Notes under the pieces: generated by a model
Databases searched by the model: none
Told to the model about the DNA's origin: nothing
The model's input: the letters and a program-made list of their open reading frames with translations, nothing else
Translations under genes and position numbers: made by a program
In this document: positions 40,055 to 50,397 of the stretch, piece after piece
Position numbering within the stretch: the stretch's first letter is position 1
Layout: every line of letters begins with the position of its first letter
Assembly (NCBI GenBank): GCA_963665275.2
Contig: CAXXIN010000005.1
Span: forward strand, 128,745-192,744
DNA length: 64,000 nt
Source of the DNA: Negativicutes bacterium
Lineage (GTDB): Bacteria > Bacillota > Negativicutes > UBA1444
Direction: 5' to 3'

Positions 40055-40630
40055 TTATGCGCAGCTTGTTGTGGCGAGAAAGTTGCCTAACAGAGTAGTC
40101 CCCTCGGGCGTCAGGATCGACTCGGGATGGAACTGGACTCCCTGCACATTGAACTGCCGATGCTTCATGCCCATGATTAGGCCTTCGTCATTGGTCGCCG
40201 TGATTTCCAGGCATTCCGGCAGGGTGGCGCGATCGACGATCAGGGAATGGTAGCGCCCTGCTGTAAAGGGCTGGGGCAGGTTGGCGTACAGGCCGTTTCC
40301 CTCATGCTGGATTCGGGCGATTTTGCCATGCACCGGCTGCGGCGCACGGATTACTTTGGCGCCAAAGGCTTCGCCGATGACCTGATGGCCGAGGCAGATT
40401 CCCAGGATGGGCATCTTTCCGGCGAAATGAGTGACGACCTCCTTGCTGATTCCAGCGTCGTCGGGCGTGCCGGGGCCGGGCGAGATAATGATGGCGTCGT
40501 AATGAGCGGCCGCAATTTCATCCAGGGTGATCTGGTCGTTGCGCACGACTTGCAACGGCTGGCCCAGGTTCGCAACGGCTTGATATACGTTGTAGGTAAA
40601 GGAATCATAATTGTCGATGAGAAAAATCAT
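40055..40630 (-). CDS. trpG: Anthranilate synthase component II
   Basis: IDNYDSFTYN, SPGPG, GICLGHQ, RYHSL, QFHPES. Confidence 0.93.
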   Translation of the reverse strand: MIFLIDNYDSFTYNVYQAVANLGQPLQVVRNDQITLDEIAAAHYDAIIISPGPGTPDDAGISKEVVTHFAGKMPILGICLGHQVIGEAFGAKVIRAPQPVHGKIARIQHEGNGLYANLPQPFTAGRYHSLIVDRATLPECLEITATNDEGLIMGMKHRQFNVQGVQFHPESILTPEGTTLLGNFLATTSCA

Positions 40631-40633
40631 GGT

Positions 40634-42112
40634 TCAGTTCCCTCCCAGCACTTGAAACAGGACTTTGGCCTTGTGGTGGATTTCTTCGTATTCCGTGGCG
40701 GGCACCGAGTCGGCGACGATGCCTGCGCCGGTCTGGATCGTCACTTCTTCGCCGTCCACGCTGAAGGTGCGGATGGTGATACAAGTATCCATGTTGCCGC
40801 GAAAATCGAAGTAGCCGACAGCGCCTGCATAGGGGCCTCGGCGCTCGGTCTCCAGTTCGTTGATGATTTCCATGGCCCGGATTTTCGGTGCGCCGCTGAC
40901 CGTTCCTGCAGGGAAACAGGCTGACAGCACTTCGGTTGCCGTGTATTTCGGATCCAGCGTTCCGTTGACTTCTGAAACGATATGCATGACATGGGAGAAG
41001 TTTTCGACTTCCATCATTTTGGTGACATTCACCGTACCTGGCAGGCTGATCCGTCCGATGTCGTTGCGACCGAGATCCACCAGCATGGCGTGTTCGGCGC
41101 ATTCTTTTTCGTCGGCGAGCAACTCCGCCGCCAAGCGGGCATCCTCCGCAGGGTTCTTGCCTCGGGGGCGGGTGCCTGCGATGGGGCAGGTGAATACCTG
41201 ACCGTTTTGCAGCTTGACGAGCATTTCCGGTGATGCGCCCACAAGCTGCCGCTGACCGAAATTGATGTAAAACATGTAGGGGGAAGGATTGATCCGGCGC
41301 AGGCGTCGGTACAGGGAAAATGGTTTTTCTGCCAGCGGGCGGCGGAAGGCGTGGGAGAGAACAACTTGGAAAATGTCGCCGGCAGCGATGTATTCTTTGG
41401 CTTTTAGTACGTTGTCCATGTAGTTCTGCCGGATTTTTTCGGCGTCCATCGGCGGGACCGGTGCGGGGGTAGCTGGGGCCGCTTCATCGGCGGGGAGCTG
41501 CAATGGGCTTCGCAGGAGTTCGCTGATTTCTAGGATACGGGCAGCGGCCTTGTCATAAATTTCGGCGAGTTCGTCCGCAGTAGTTTTTTCTGGGATTTCC
41601 GCCAGGTAGATCAGTTTGGCGGAATGCGTCAGATGGTCCATGGCGATGATCAGGCGGCAAAACATGTACTCGCCGAGAATCATGTCGTCAGGAACATTCA
41701 TGCCGCGAATCCGCTCCCAAGTGGATACCGACTCAAAACTGAGATAACCGACCGCGCCACCGCTGAAAGGCGGCAGACCTGGCAGGTCTGCGAAAGAGAA
41801 TCGGTTCAGGATGTCTTGCAGCGCTTTTAGGGGCGCTTTTTTCATGGACTCGCATCCGTCGGCACTTTTCAATTCCAGGCCTGCTTTGTGCGCTTCGATC
41901 ACCAGGAAGGGCTCGACGCCGATGAACGAGTACCGTCCGAAGTTTTTGCTGGTTTCGGCGCTCTCCAGCATGAAGCCGGGTTCGTCGCCCACGATCTTAT
42001 AGTAAAGTGACACCGGCGTTTCCAAATCGACAGGCAGGTCGACATAGACGGGGATGAGGCTGTGCTTGGCGGCGAGACGGAGAAAGTCCGCTTTACTTGG
42101 GGTCAGTTGCAT
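40634..42112 (-). CDS. trpE: Anthranilate synthase component I
   Basis: LESAE, GDIFQVVLS, NPSPYM, PIAGTRPRG, EHAMLVDLGRND, PAGTVSGAPK. Confidence 0.94.
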   Translation of the reverse strand: MQLTPSKADFLRLAAKHSLIPVYVDLPVDLETPVSLYYKIVGDEPGFMLESAETSKNFGRYSFIGVEPFLVIEAHKAGLELKSADGCESMKKAPLKALQDILNRFSFADLPGLPPFSGGAVGYLSFESVSTWERIRGMNVPDDMILGEYMFCRLIIAMDHLTHSAKLIYLAEIPEKTTADELAEIYDKAAARILEISELLRSPLQLPADEAAPATPAPVPPMDAEKIRQNYMDNVLKAKEYIAAGDIFQVVLSHAFRRPLAEKPFSLYRRLRRINPSPYMFYINFGQRQLVGASPEMLVKLQNGQVFTCPIAGTRPRGKNPAEDARLAAELLADEKECAEHAMLVDLGRNDIGRISLPGTVNVTKMMEVENFSHVMHIVSEVNGTLDPKYTATEVLSACFPAGTVSGAPKIRAMEIINELETERRGPYAGAVGYFDFRGNMDTCITIRTFSVDGEEVTIQTGAGIVADSVPATEYEEIHHKAKVLFQVLGGN

Positions 42113-42908
42113 GACTTGCATCCTCCCGGTCAAGCTCCTGCCGGATGGAAGCAATCAAATTTTTCACGGCAGCGACGTCTTTGGTTTCGAGCAGCTGGAC
42201 TACGGCGCTGCCGACAATGACGCCGTCTGCGTAACGGGCTGCCTCCCGGGCGGCTGCCGGAGTGCCGATGCCGAAGCCGATCGCGATGGGAATGTCGGTG
42301 ATGGAGCGGGCCAGTTCGACGGTGGGCTGGGTAGCGCTGTAATCGACAGAGCGAACGCCGGTGACGCCGGTGTTGGAAACGCAGTAAATAAAACCGGAGG
42401 CGTTGCGGCAGGCGAGGGCGACCCGCTCCTCATTGCTCGTGGGTGCGATGAACGCGATGAGGTCGAGACCGTATTTGTCGCAGGAACCTTGCAGCATGTC
42501 GCTTTCCTCCGGCGGCAGGTCGGGCACGATGAGTGCGTCGACTCCTGCTTCGCGGCAGTCATGGGCAAAAGCTTCCGGCCCGTGGTGGAGAATCAGATTG
42601 ATGTACGTCATGAAGGCGAGCGGGATTTGTGATTTTTTGCGCAGGTTGCGAACCAGTTCGAGCGAGGAGCGGGTGGTGGTTCCGGCGGCCAACGAAGCAA
42701 CGGCGGCTTTTTGAATGACTGGGCCGTCGGCGATCGGGTCGGAAAAAGGAATCCCGAGCTCCACCAGATCGGCGCCGGCTGCTTCCGCCGCCAATACGGC
42801 GGCTTCTGTCGTTTCCATGTCCGGATAACCGGCGGTGATATAGACGATGAGGCTTTTATGCCCCTTTGCTTTGTTTGCTTTCAATTTGTCAGCTAACACA
42901 GACATCAT
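42093..42908 (-). CDS. trpA: Tryptophan synthase alpha chain
   Basis: [40 protein letters not shown]. Confidence 0.95.
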   Translation of the reverse strand: MMSVLADKLKANKAKGHKSLIVYITAGYPDMETTEAAVLAAEAAGADLVELGIPFSDPIADGPVIQKAAVASLAAGTTTRSSLELVRNLRKKSQIPLAFMTYINLILHHGPEAFAHDCREAGVDALIVPDLPPEESDMLQGSCDKYGLDLIAFIAPTSNEERVALACRNASGFIYCVSNTGVTGVRSVDYSATQPTVELARSITDIPIAIGFGIGTPAAAREAARYADGVIVGSAVVQLLETKDVAAVKNLIASIRQELDREDASHATDPK

Positions 42909-44083
42909 AATCCCTCCAGTACTTTTGCTACTTGCTGGACATCCTTGTCACCCCGGCCCGAGAGACAGACGACGACGCTTTCATCGGGGCGGGTGGTTGG
43001 CATCAGTTCTTCCAGATAAGCTAGGGCGTGGGAGCTTTCCAACGCCGGGATGATGCCTTCGGTTAGCGCCAACCGCTGAAAAGCAGCGAGAGCTTCAGTG
43101 TCGGTAACAGAAACATAGCGGGCGATCCCGGTTTCTTTGAAGAAGGAATGTTCGGGGCCGACACCGGGGTAGTCCAGACCGGCGGAAATCGAATAAGCGG
43201 GGATCACCTGACCGTCGGGGTCCTGCAGCAAGTAACTCAGCGCTCCATGCAGTACGCCGGGACGACCGAGAGTGAGCGACGCCGCATGTTCCAACCCCAG
43301 TCCTTTGCCGGCGGCTTCGACGCCGATTTTCTGGATGGAAGCGTCATCCTTGAAAGGATAGAAGATTCCCATCGCATTGCTGCCGCCGCCCACGCAGGCG
43401 ACGACGTAGCGAACCGGGGCGTCGGAGAAACTCTTGATCTGCTCTTTGATCTCCTGCCCGATGATGGACTGGAAATCGCGGACAATCATCGGATAGGGAT
43501 GAGGGCCGACGACCGAGCCGATGATGTAGTGGGTATCGCGAATATTGGTGACCCAGTAGCGGATCGCCTCACTGGTGGCGTCCTTCAGGGTTCCGGTGCC
43601 GCTCGTGACGGGAATGACCTCGGTGCCGAGCAGTCTCATGCGAAAGACGTTCAGCGACTGGCGCTCCATGTCTTCTTCCCCCATGAACACGCAACATTCC
43701 AATCCGAATAGGGCCGCAACGGTCGCGCAGGCGACTCCGTGCTGCCCCGCGCCGGTTTCGGCGACGATCCGTTGTTTGCCCATGCGCCGGGCCAGGAGTG
43801 CCTGACCGAGCGCGTTGTTGATCTTGTGCGCGCCGGTGTGCAGCAGATCTTCGCGTTTCAGATAGATTTTGGCTTTGCCGTAGTGGCGGGTCAGATTTTC
43901 GGCGAAGTAGAGCAGCGTCGGGCGACCGGCGTATTCTTTCAGATATCGGCTGAATTCCGCCTGAAATTCGGCGTCGTCCTTGATTTTCAGGTAGAACTCT
44001 TCCAGCTCGTATAAGGCGGGCATGACGGTTTCCGGCACGAACCGTCCACCGAAATTTCCGAAGCGTCCTCTTTTATCAGGCAT
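42905..44083 (-). CDS. trpB: Tryptophan synthase beta chain
   Basis: [43 protein letters not shown]. Confidence 0.97.
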   Translation of the reverse strand: MPDKRGRFGNFGGRFVPETVMPALYELEEFYLKIKDDAEFQAEFSRYLKEYAGRPTLLYFAENLTRHYGKAKIYLKREDLLHTGAHKINNALGQALLARRMGKQRIVAETGAGQHGVACATVAALFGLECCVFMGEEDMERQSLNVFRMRLLGTEVIPVTSGTGTLKDATSEAIRYWVTNIRDTHYIIGSVVGPHPYPMIVRDFQSIIGQEIKEQIKSFSDAPVRYVVACVGGGSNAMGIFYPFKDDASIQKIGVEAAGKGLGLEHAASLTLGRPGVLHGALSYLLQDPDGQVIPAYSISAGLDYPGVGPEHSFFKETGIARYVSVTDTEALAAFQRLALTEGIIPALESSHALAYLEELMPTTRPDESVVVCLSGRGDKDVQQVAKVLEGL

Positions 44084-44861
44084 GTTGATTCCTCCTATTC
44101 ATCATTTCAGGTTGCGCCAGAGCGCGGGTCATGGCGCTAATATCCGGGGCGCGTACCAGGCTTTCGCCGACCAGTACGCCTTTCACTCCAGCTTCCTGGA
44201 GCCGCCGGGCATCGGCTGTATCGTGAATGCCGCTTTCGCTGATGATACGCCAACGGGGATCGCAGTGCGGCAGCAGGTCGAAAGTGCGAGCGATGTCGGT
44301 GGTAAAGGTCGTCAGATCCCGATTGTTGATGCCGACAGTTTCGGCGTCGGTTTGCTTGACTCGTTCCAGTTCGCCGAGGGTGTGGACTTCCACCAGACAA
44401 TCCATCCCCAAGCTGCGGGTCGTGGCGAGATAGCGGTTCAATTCGGCATCGCTTAGGATCGCTGCGATCAGTAGGATGGCATCAGCTCCGGCGGCGCGTG
44501 CTTCGTAAATCTGGTATTCATCAATGATGAAATCTTTGCGCAGGATCGGCAAAGGGCTGACAGCCCGGACGGCGGCGATATCTTCCAGCTTGCCGAGAAA
44601 AGGAGTGCTGGTGTGGACGGACAAGGCGGCGGCGCGACCTGAGGTGAAAATCCGCGCCAACTCCGGCACTGTATGAGTCTGGCATAACCTCCCTTTGGAG
44701 GGGGAAGCCAGTTTGCATTCGGCGATGAGCGCCCAGTCGGTTGCGACCAGCGCTTGGCTGAAGGCGTAAGTCCCGGGCTGGACTGGCAAGGAATCCTGCG
44801 GGTGCGAAAGCTTGCGGGCGGCGACTTGCTGCCGGATGGTTTCTACGATCTGGTTCAGCAT
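44076..44861 (-). CDS. trpC: Indole-3-glycerol phosphate synthase
   Basis: [37 protein letters not shown]. Confidence 0.94.
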   Translation of the reverse strand: MLNQIVETIRQQVAARKLSHPQDSLPVQPGTYAFSQALVATDWALIAECKLASPSKGRLCQTHTVPELARIFTSGRAAALSVHTSTPFLGKLEDIAAVRAVSPLPILRKDFIIDEYQIYEARAAGADAILLIAAILSDAELNRYLATTRSLGMDCLVEVHTLGELERVKQTDAETVGINNRDLTTFTTDIARTFDLLPHCDPRWRIISESGIHDTADARRLQEAGVKGVLVGESLVRAPDISAMTRALAQPEMMNRRNQHA

Positions 44862-45481
44862 GTTGGTCTCCTTTCTGCAGCCGACCGGGCTGCTGCGATG
44901 AATCGCCGGATTTTATCCGGGTCTTTGGCGCCGTTCGTTTCCACGCCGCCGGATACATCGACCCCGTCAGGGTTCAGGATGCGGATGGCATCCGATACAT
45001 TTTCCGGGGTCAGGCCACCGGCGACGAGAAATTGCTGTCGGGGTCGGCCAATGCGCAGGCTGACAGCGCGCCAATCAAAAGGGATGCCGGTGCCGCCCGG
45101 CTGTCCGGGAACGAAACTGTCCAGTAGGAGGTAATCTGCAGGATAGTCTGCAACCGCCGCCGAAGTGAAGTCCGGCCCGACGCGACAAGCCCGGAACACG
45201 GGGCGGTTCAGAGCCCGACAGTAGTCCGGGTCTTCTTCGCCATGAAGCTGGAGGTAGTCGAGACGACAGCGATCGGCGATTTCCAGAACATCGGACAAAG
45301 GTTGATTCACAAATACGCCGACTTTGCCGGGCCCTTTCACTGCCACTGATATAGTGGCGGCGGTTGCTACATCGATTTTCCGCTTGCTGTCGGCGAATAC
45401 GAAGCCGATCAGGTCGGCGCCGGATTCAGCAGCGGTTTGGGCCGCTTCGAGGGTGCGGAGTCCACAGATTTTGATGAGCAT
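44855..45481 (-). CDS. trpF: Phosphoribosylanthranilate isomerase
   Basis: IKICGL, QLHGEE, GGTG..FDW, AGGLTPENV, DVSGGVE. Confidence 0.94.
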   Translation of the reverse strand: MLIKICGLRTLEAAQTAAESGADLIGFVFADSKRKIDVATAATISVAVKGPGKVGVFVNQPLSDVLEIADRCRLDYLQLHGEEDPDYCRALNRPVFRACRVGPDFTSAAVADYPADYLLLDSFVPGQPGGTGIPFDWRAVSLRIGRPRQQFLVAGGLTPENVSDAIRILNPDGVDVSGGVETNGAKDPDKIRRFIAAARSAAERRPTC

Positions 45482-45505
45482 GAGATCAGTCTCCCCACAC
45501 AATTT

Positions 45506-46516
45506 TTATTGCAGGCTGAGTTCGCGCATCCGGTCGAGTTTCGCGTGGGCGGCCCCGCTGTCGATGCTATCGGCGGCCAGTTTCAGGCCTTCCTTGATGT
45601 TCTCCGCTTTGCCGGCCACGACGAGAGCGGCGGCGGCGTTGAGCAGCACCAGATCACGGCGCGCGCCCCGGTTGCCATGCAGGATGGATTGGATAATATC
45701 GGCGTTTTCTTCCGGCGTGCCGCCGCTGATAGCGCTCAGGTCGGCGGAGGGAATCCCGTAGTCGGCGGGATCAATCATGTAAGAACGGATTTGTCCATCG
45801 ACCACTTCGGATACCTGGGTTGGTGCGGACGTCGATATTTCATCCAGACCATCCAACCCATGCACTACCATGGCGCGGCGGGTTTTGAGCTGCAGCAGCA
45901 CTTCGGCCAGCTTGTGGGTCAGTGAACGTTCATAGACTCCCATCAGTTGCCGTTCGGCAGACAGCGGATTGGTCAGGGGGCCCAGAACATTGAACACAGT
46001 GCGGAAGCCGAGTTCGCGTCGCGGTTTTCCTGCATACTTCATGGCCGGATGGAAAGTGGGCGCATAGAGAAAGCCGATCTGCGCGTTTTCGATGATAGTG
46101 GCGACGTTTTGCGCCGGCAGGTCGATCCGGATTCCCAGCGCTTTCAGCACGTCGGCGCTGCCGCAGGAACTAGAGACGCCGTGGTTCCCGTGCTTGGCCA
46201 CAGATGCGCCCGCCCCGGCCACAACGAAGGCTACCGTCGTGGAGATGTTGAACGTTCCTTTGCGGTCGCCGCCTGTACCGCAGGTGTCGAGCAGGTCGGA
46301 CTGAGTGCAGTTCACTTTCACGGTGTGACTGCGCATGCTTTCGGCAAATCCGGCGATTTCGTCGCTGGTTTCTCCCTTGATCCGCAGGGCCGTAAGCAAA
46401 CCGCCGATCTGTGCATCGCTGGAGGCGCCTGACATGATGGCTTGCATGGATTCACGCGCTTCCTGTCGGGACAGGTCTTCGCCGCCGATTACTTGATTTA
46501 GAGCTGCTTTTAACAT
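45506..46516 (-). CDS. trpD: Anthranilate phosphoribosyltransferase
   Basis: DTCGTGGD, FNIST, KHGN, GSADVL, LGPLTNP; GGAGG RBS before ATG 46516. Confidence 0.95.
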   Translation of the reverse strand: MLKAALNQVIGGEDLSRQEARESMQAIMSGASSDAQIGGLLTALRIKGETSDEIAGFAESMRSHTVKVNCTQSDLLDTCGTGGDRKGTFNISTTVAFVVAGAGASVAKHGNHGVSSSCGSADVLKALGIRIDLPAQNVATIIENAQIGFLYAPTFHPAMKYAGKPRRELGFRTVFNVLGPLTNPLSAERQLMGVYERSLTHKLAEVLLQLKTRRAMVVHGLDGLDEISTSAPTQVSEVVDGQIRSYMIDPADYGIPSADLSAISGGTPEENADIIQSILHGNRGARRDLVLLNAAAALVVAGKAENIKEGLKLAADSIDSGAAHAKLDRMRELSLQ

Positions 46517-46550
46517 GTTGTTTTCCTCCCCGTATTTTCTATAGATTTTT

Positions 46551-46842
46551 TGATAAATAAAAAGAACCATTCCACTCCCTATACAGGGGCGAAATGGTTC
46601 GCGGTACCACCCTACTTCGGAAAACTGACGTTTTCCCTCTGATTCAGGTACGAGCTCGCGCCGATACCCTAAGCCTTGTAACGGAGGCGTTCCGGCCCAG
46701 CCTACTTTGTGAACAAAGCTCGGTGGGCAGCTCGCGGGACCATTCGACATGGACTCTGGACCGGTCATCTCACCTCCGGTTACCCGGACACCGGCTCGCT
46801 GATACCAAAGAAAACATGTGTACTTTTCCCGTTCATCGCTAT
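46551..46842 (-). ncRNA. T-box leader (Trp), gene-proximal copy
   Basis: Minus strand: AGCGAG/GGTGAGA stem I motifs, GAA-TGG specifier, AGGGTGGTACCGCG T-box, terminator plus T-run. Confidence 0.92.
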
Positions 46843-46860
46843 GCGTGCAATATGCAATTT

Positions 46861-47152
46861 TGATAAATAAAAAGAACCATTCCACTCCCTATACAGGGGC
46901 GAAATGGTTCGCGGTACCACCCTACTTCGGAAAACTGACGTTTTCCCTCTGATTCAGGTACGAGCTCGCGCCGATACCCTAAGCCTTGTAACGGAGGCGT
47001 TCCGGCCCAGCCTACTTTGTGAACAAAGCTCGGTGGGCAGCTCATGGGACCATTCGACATGGACTCTGGACCGGTCATCTCACCTCCGGTTGCCCGGACA
47101 CCGGCTCGCTGATACCAAAGCAAACATGTGTACTTTTCCCATTCATCGCTAT
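46861..47152 (-). ncRNA. T-box leader (Trp), promoter-proximal copy
   Basis: Same motifs; 310-bp period relative to the other copy. Confidence 0.92.
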
Positions 47153-47349
47153 ATGTATGTTGAATTGCGTTTACTATAGCACAAAGCAAAAAGGACTGTC
47201 AACACGAGAGAAAAAAAGATGCGAATATCCGCAATGTGTAACTCAACATTGTTCAGCACTCAAACAGGGGATTCGGCATCGCCGCGCGAAATCATACTCG
47301 AGGAAATTATACGGAGCCAACATCGCCTGGCAGCGTGAGGAGGATTGAC

Positions 47350-50160
47350 ATGTCCTATTCGGAAATGGATTTGATTGCCTATCTTGAGGAACGCAATTTT
47401 AAGATCAGTCAGCTGATTTCGGCGGAAGAAAAAAGCATTCTGCAGGAACTAATCGAAGAAATATCAGCTGAATTCGATATTGCGACGACACTTTCCGATC
47501 CGGACGGCAATCCGGTATTTCCCTATTGTAATTTTACCGAGCTTTGCCAGGAACATATCCGAGGCTCGGCTGAAGGCCTGAAACGCTGCAAACAGGAGGC
47601 AAGCCGACAGGGACAGCTGTCGGAGGAACGGGGAGAGCCCGTAGTCTATCAATGCCATGCCGGAATTATTGACTTTACTGCCCCGATCATGTTGCTGAAC
47701 CGACGAATCGGCAACGTATCGGGCGGACAGGTGTGGACGGAGAAGCCGGATGCGGCAGCGGTAGGAAGGTTGGAACAGTATTTTGATGAAATTGGCGTGA
47801 GGGACAAAAAACGCGCGCTAGCATCGATTGATTCACAAAAAGTCAATGATTCGGCGAAAATTCGTCGATTGGCCTCTATTTACCATAATATCGGCAAACT
47901 ATTGTCCAATTATTTTCATTTCCAGGCAGAGTATGGCTATTGGAAGAAATCCCTCCTGGCGCTCAATACTGAGCTGGAAAACCGAATTCGTCAGCGTACC
48001 AAATTGCTGGAAGAGACGGTGCAGGATCTGAATCTGGCGCAGCAATTGTTGAAAACCCAGAATGAAGAGCTGCGACGCAGCGCCGAAATTCAATCGGTTC
48101 TCCGCGAAATCAGTGAATCAGCGGTGTTGGCGAAGTCCCTGGACGAATTGTATGCGACACTGCACCGTCTGCTGAAGCGAGTTTTGCCAGCGAAAAACCT
48201 TTACATTTCCCTGTTGGACAAGGCGACCGGAAAGATCGTCCGCCCCTACTGCGTTGACGAGACCAATTCCGTCTTGCAGCAAAGGCCTCTTGGCAAAGGC
48301 GTTACGGAGTACTTTATGGGACTGGGGCACTCTGACTATATCCCTGCCGAGGACTTTGCCCGCTTGGTGGAAGAGGGGAAAATCACCAACGACCTCGACG
48401 AAGCTTTTGATTGGCTGGGAGTTCCCCTGAATGACTCACGAGGGCAGGTTTTCGGCGTCATTATCCTGTTCTCCAATGATCGGACGCAATCGTTCAAAAA
48501 AGAAGACAGCGAGGTCTTGGCGATCATTGCCGCACAGGTTTCCATGGCGATCGAACGGAAACAGGCCGAAAACGCGTTGCGCGAGAGTGAGGAAAAGTAT
48601 CGTTTCATCACCGAAAACATGGTGGATACGGTGTGGCTTCTGGACGTGGGGGATATGCGGTACCGTTATGTCAGTCCCTCCGTTGCCAATTTGCGCGGAT
48701 ACACACAGGAAGAAGTGATGCAGCAGGAGTTTACGGACACCTTTGCACCGGCTTCCGCCGCTTTCGCGGCGCAGATCCTGCCAGACCAGATAGCGGCTTT
48801 TGAGGCTGGAGATCATCGGGAGCGAGTCAAGACCCATGACGTTGAGCAGTCCTGCAAAGATGGAACCCAGGTGTCGACCGAAGTCGTTACCCGGCTGGTC
48901 ACAGACGAAAAGGGAAAGGTCACCTCGGTGTTGGGAGTATCACGGGATATTTCAGAGCGGATTCTTTTTTACTCCGATATGGCGCCTACGCTCTCTCTAG
49001 CAAAACGATCGGAGATTATCGCGAAATATCAGACGCAGCTGCTGAACCAACTTCAGGAAGCCATTGTGATTACCAACCGTGAGAACAGGATCATTTACTG
49101 GAACCAAACGGCGGAAGCTCTGTTCGGGTTTTCGGCGGAAGAAGCGCATGGGCTCGATGCTACAGTGCTGATTGCAGGGAATGTGAATGAGCAAACGGAA
49201 AAAAGGCGCCAGATCGTTACTGCCACGGTGGCAGGGGGTCGTAGTACGACGGAGATTCTCGCCCGCCACAAAGAAGGGTGGATTTTCCCTGCCCAATTGT
49301 TTTCGGTGCTGCTCAAAGACCAGGGCGGTGAATTTTCCGGCATTGCGATGTTTGCGGTTGATTTGAGCAAATTGCGGGCGGCGGAAGATACTATCAGCAA
49401 AATCAAACGGGACCATGAACGGCAACTTTTGTTAACTGAACTGATCAAAAGCGGGGAACCGGCGACTCCTGTGCTATTGGAAAAAGCGGCCGAACTTGAT
49501 TTGGAGTGGGGCCGTCCCTTTACTGTTTTGGTTTTGGAGTTGTCTGAACGACCCGTATTATCGCACTTGTTGGCGATGGTTCAGAGGACTGATTCGTCCA
49601 TCATTGCCTGGGAATATAAAGATGCGGTGGTGGCGATGACCTGCGATTTTCCTGGAGCCGTGGAGGGTTCTCCACCTGTCGCGAGCTGGTTTCAACGATG
49701 GGAAACAGACTTGCGGCAGTCATCTCCTGGCGCTGTCCTGGTGATGGGAATAGGGAGTCGGAGCGTTTCGTTGAATGGGCTGAAGAAAGCCTATGAACAG
49801 GCTAAACAAGCGGCCTGGTTTTGCAAGGCGATGGATGGATCCGGCCGTCCCTGTCATTTTAAAGACTTGGGCATTTTCCAACTGTTGACGCCAATCTGGG
49901 ATTCCAATCTGGATGATTTTTCTCGGCAAAGTCTCGGGCCGCTGCTAGAGATGAAAGAACCCAAACGTCAGGAATATATGGAAACCCTGGAGGCTCTGCT
50001 ACGGGAAAACACTCAGAAGGCGGCAGCTGAAAAACTATTCGTGCATGAGAAAACAATACAGTTTCGCAAACAGCGAATCGAATCGGCTTTGGGTTGTTCT
50101 CTTGATAATGCCTCGCAGCGGATGGCGCTGACGATGGCCCTGAAGTTTTGGAAAAAATAA
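47350..50160 (+). CDS. Multi-sensor transcriptional regulator: PocR-GAF-PAS-PAS-PucR/CdaR HTH
   Basis: PocR (FTELCQEHIR, YQCHAGIIDFTAPI), GAF (WLGVPL), two PAS, AAAEKLFVHEKTIQFRKQRIE. Confidence 0.8.
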   Translation: MSYSEMDLIAYLEERNFKISQLISAEEKSILQELIEEISAEFDIATTLSDPDGNPVFPYCNFTELCQEHIRGSAEGLKRCKQEASRQGQLSEERGEPVVYQCHAGIIDFTAPIMLLNRRIGNVSGGQVWTEKPDAAAVGRLEQYFDEIGVRDKKRALASIDSQKVNDSAKIRRLASIYHNIGKLLSNYFHFQAEYGYWKKSLLALNTELENRIRQRTKLLEETVQDLNLAQQLLKTQNEELRRSAEIQSVLREISESAVLAKSLDELYATLHRLLKRVLPAKNLYISLLDKATGKIVRPYCVDETNSVLQQRPLGKGVTEYFMGLGHSDYIPAEDFARLVEEGKITNDLDEAFDWLGVPLNDSRGQVFGVIILFSNDRTQSFKKEDSEVLAIIAAQVSMAIERKQAENALRESEEKYRFITENMVDTVWLLDVGDMRYRYVSPSVANLRGYTQEEVMQQEFTDTFAPASAAFAAQILPDQIAAFEAGDHRERVKTHDVEQSCKDGTQVSTEVVTRLVTDEKGKVTSVLGVSRDISERILFYSDMAPTLSLAKRSEIIAKYQTQLLNQLQEAIVITNRENRIIYWNQTAEALFGFSAEEAHGLDATVLIAGNVNEQTEKRRQIVTATVAGGRSTTEILARHKEGWIFPAQLFSVLLKDQGGEFSGIAMFAVDLSKLRAAEDTISKIKRDHERQLLLTELIKSGEPATPVLLEKAAELDLEWGRPFTVLVLELSERPVLSHLLAMVQRTDSSIIAWEYKDAVVAMTCDFPGAVEGSPPVASWFQRWETDLRQSSPGAVLVMGIGSRSVSLNGLKKAYEQAKQAAWFCKAMDGSGRPCHFKDLGIFQLLTPIWDSNLDDFSRQSLGPLLEMKEPKRQEYMETLEALLRENTQKAAAEKLFVHEKTIQFRKQRIESALGCSLDNASQRMALTMALKFWKK

Positions 50161-50162
50161 TT

Positions 50163-50186
50163 TTTTTTATCTAAAACGATAAAAAA
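50163..50186. promoter_or_regulatory. Inverted repeat, possible operator upstream of lactate genes
   Basis: ttttttatc-taaaac-gataaaaaa. Confidence 0.3.
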
Positions 50187-50397
50187 TGTTGGCTTTTCTT
50201 ATCTCTGATGTTGCAGGAAGAAATCGACGCTGAATCGTATATTCCTGATAGAGAATCGAGGCGGGTTTATACCGTCGGCTTTTTCTTGTCAAGAGGACGG
50301 ACACCTGAAAAAACAGTGTGAACCCTGCGACCTAAGTGAAAATCCGGAGCTGTGGCCTGTACAAAGGGGCAGCATCCAAAACGAAGGGGGAAGAAGA

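Noticed and set aside
46517-47189. N-terminal extension of trpD to 46885, and ORFs 46594-46863, 46904-47179 and 46839-47189
   Set aside because: They run through the duplicated T-box RNA; trpD has its own RBS and ATG at 46516
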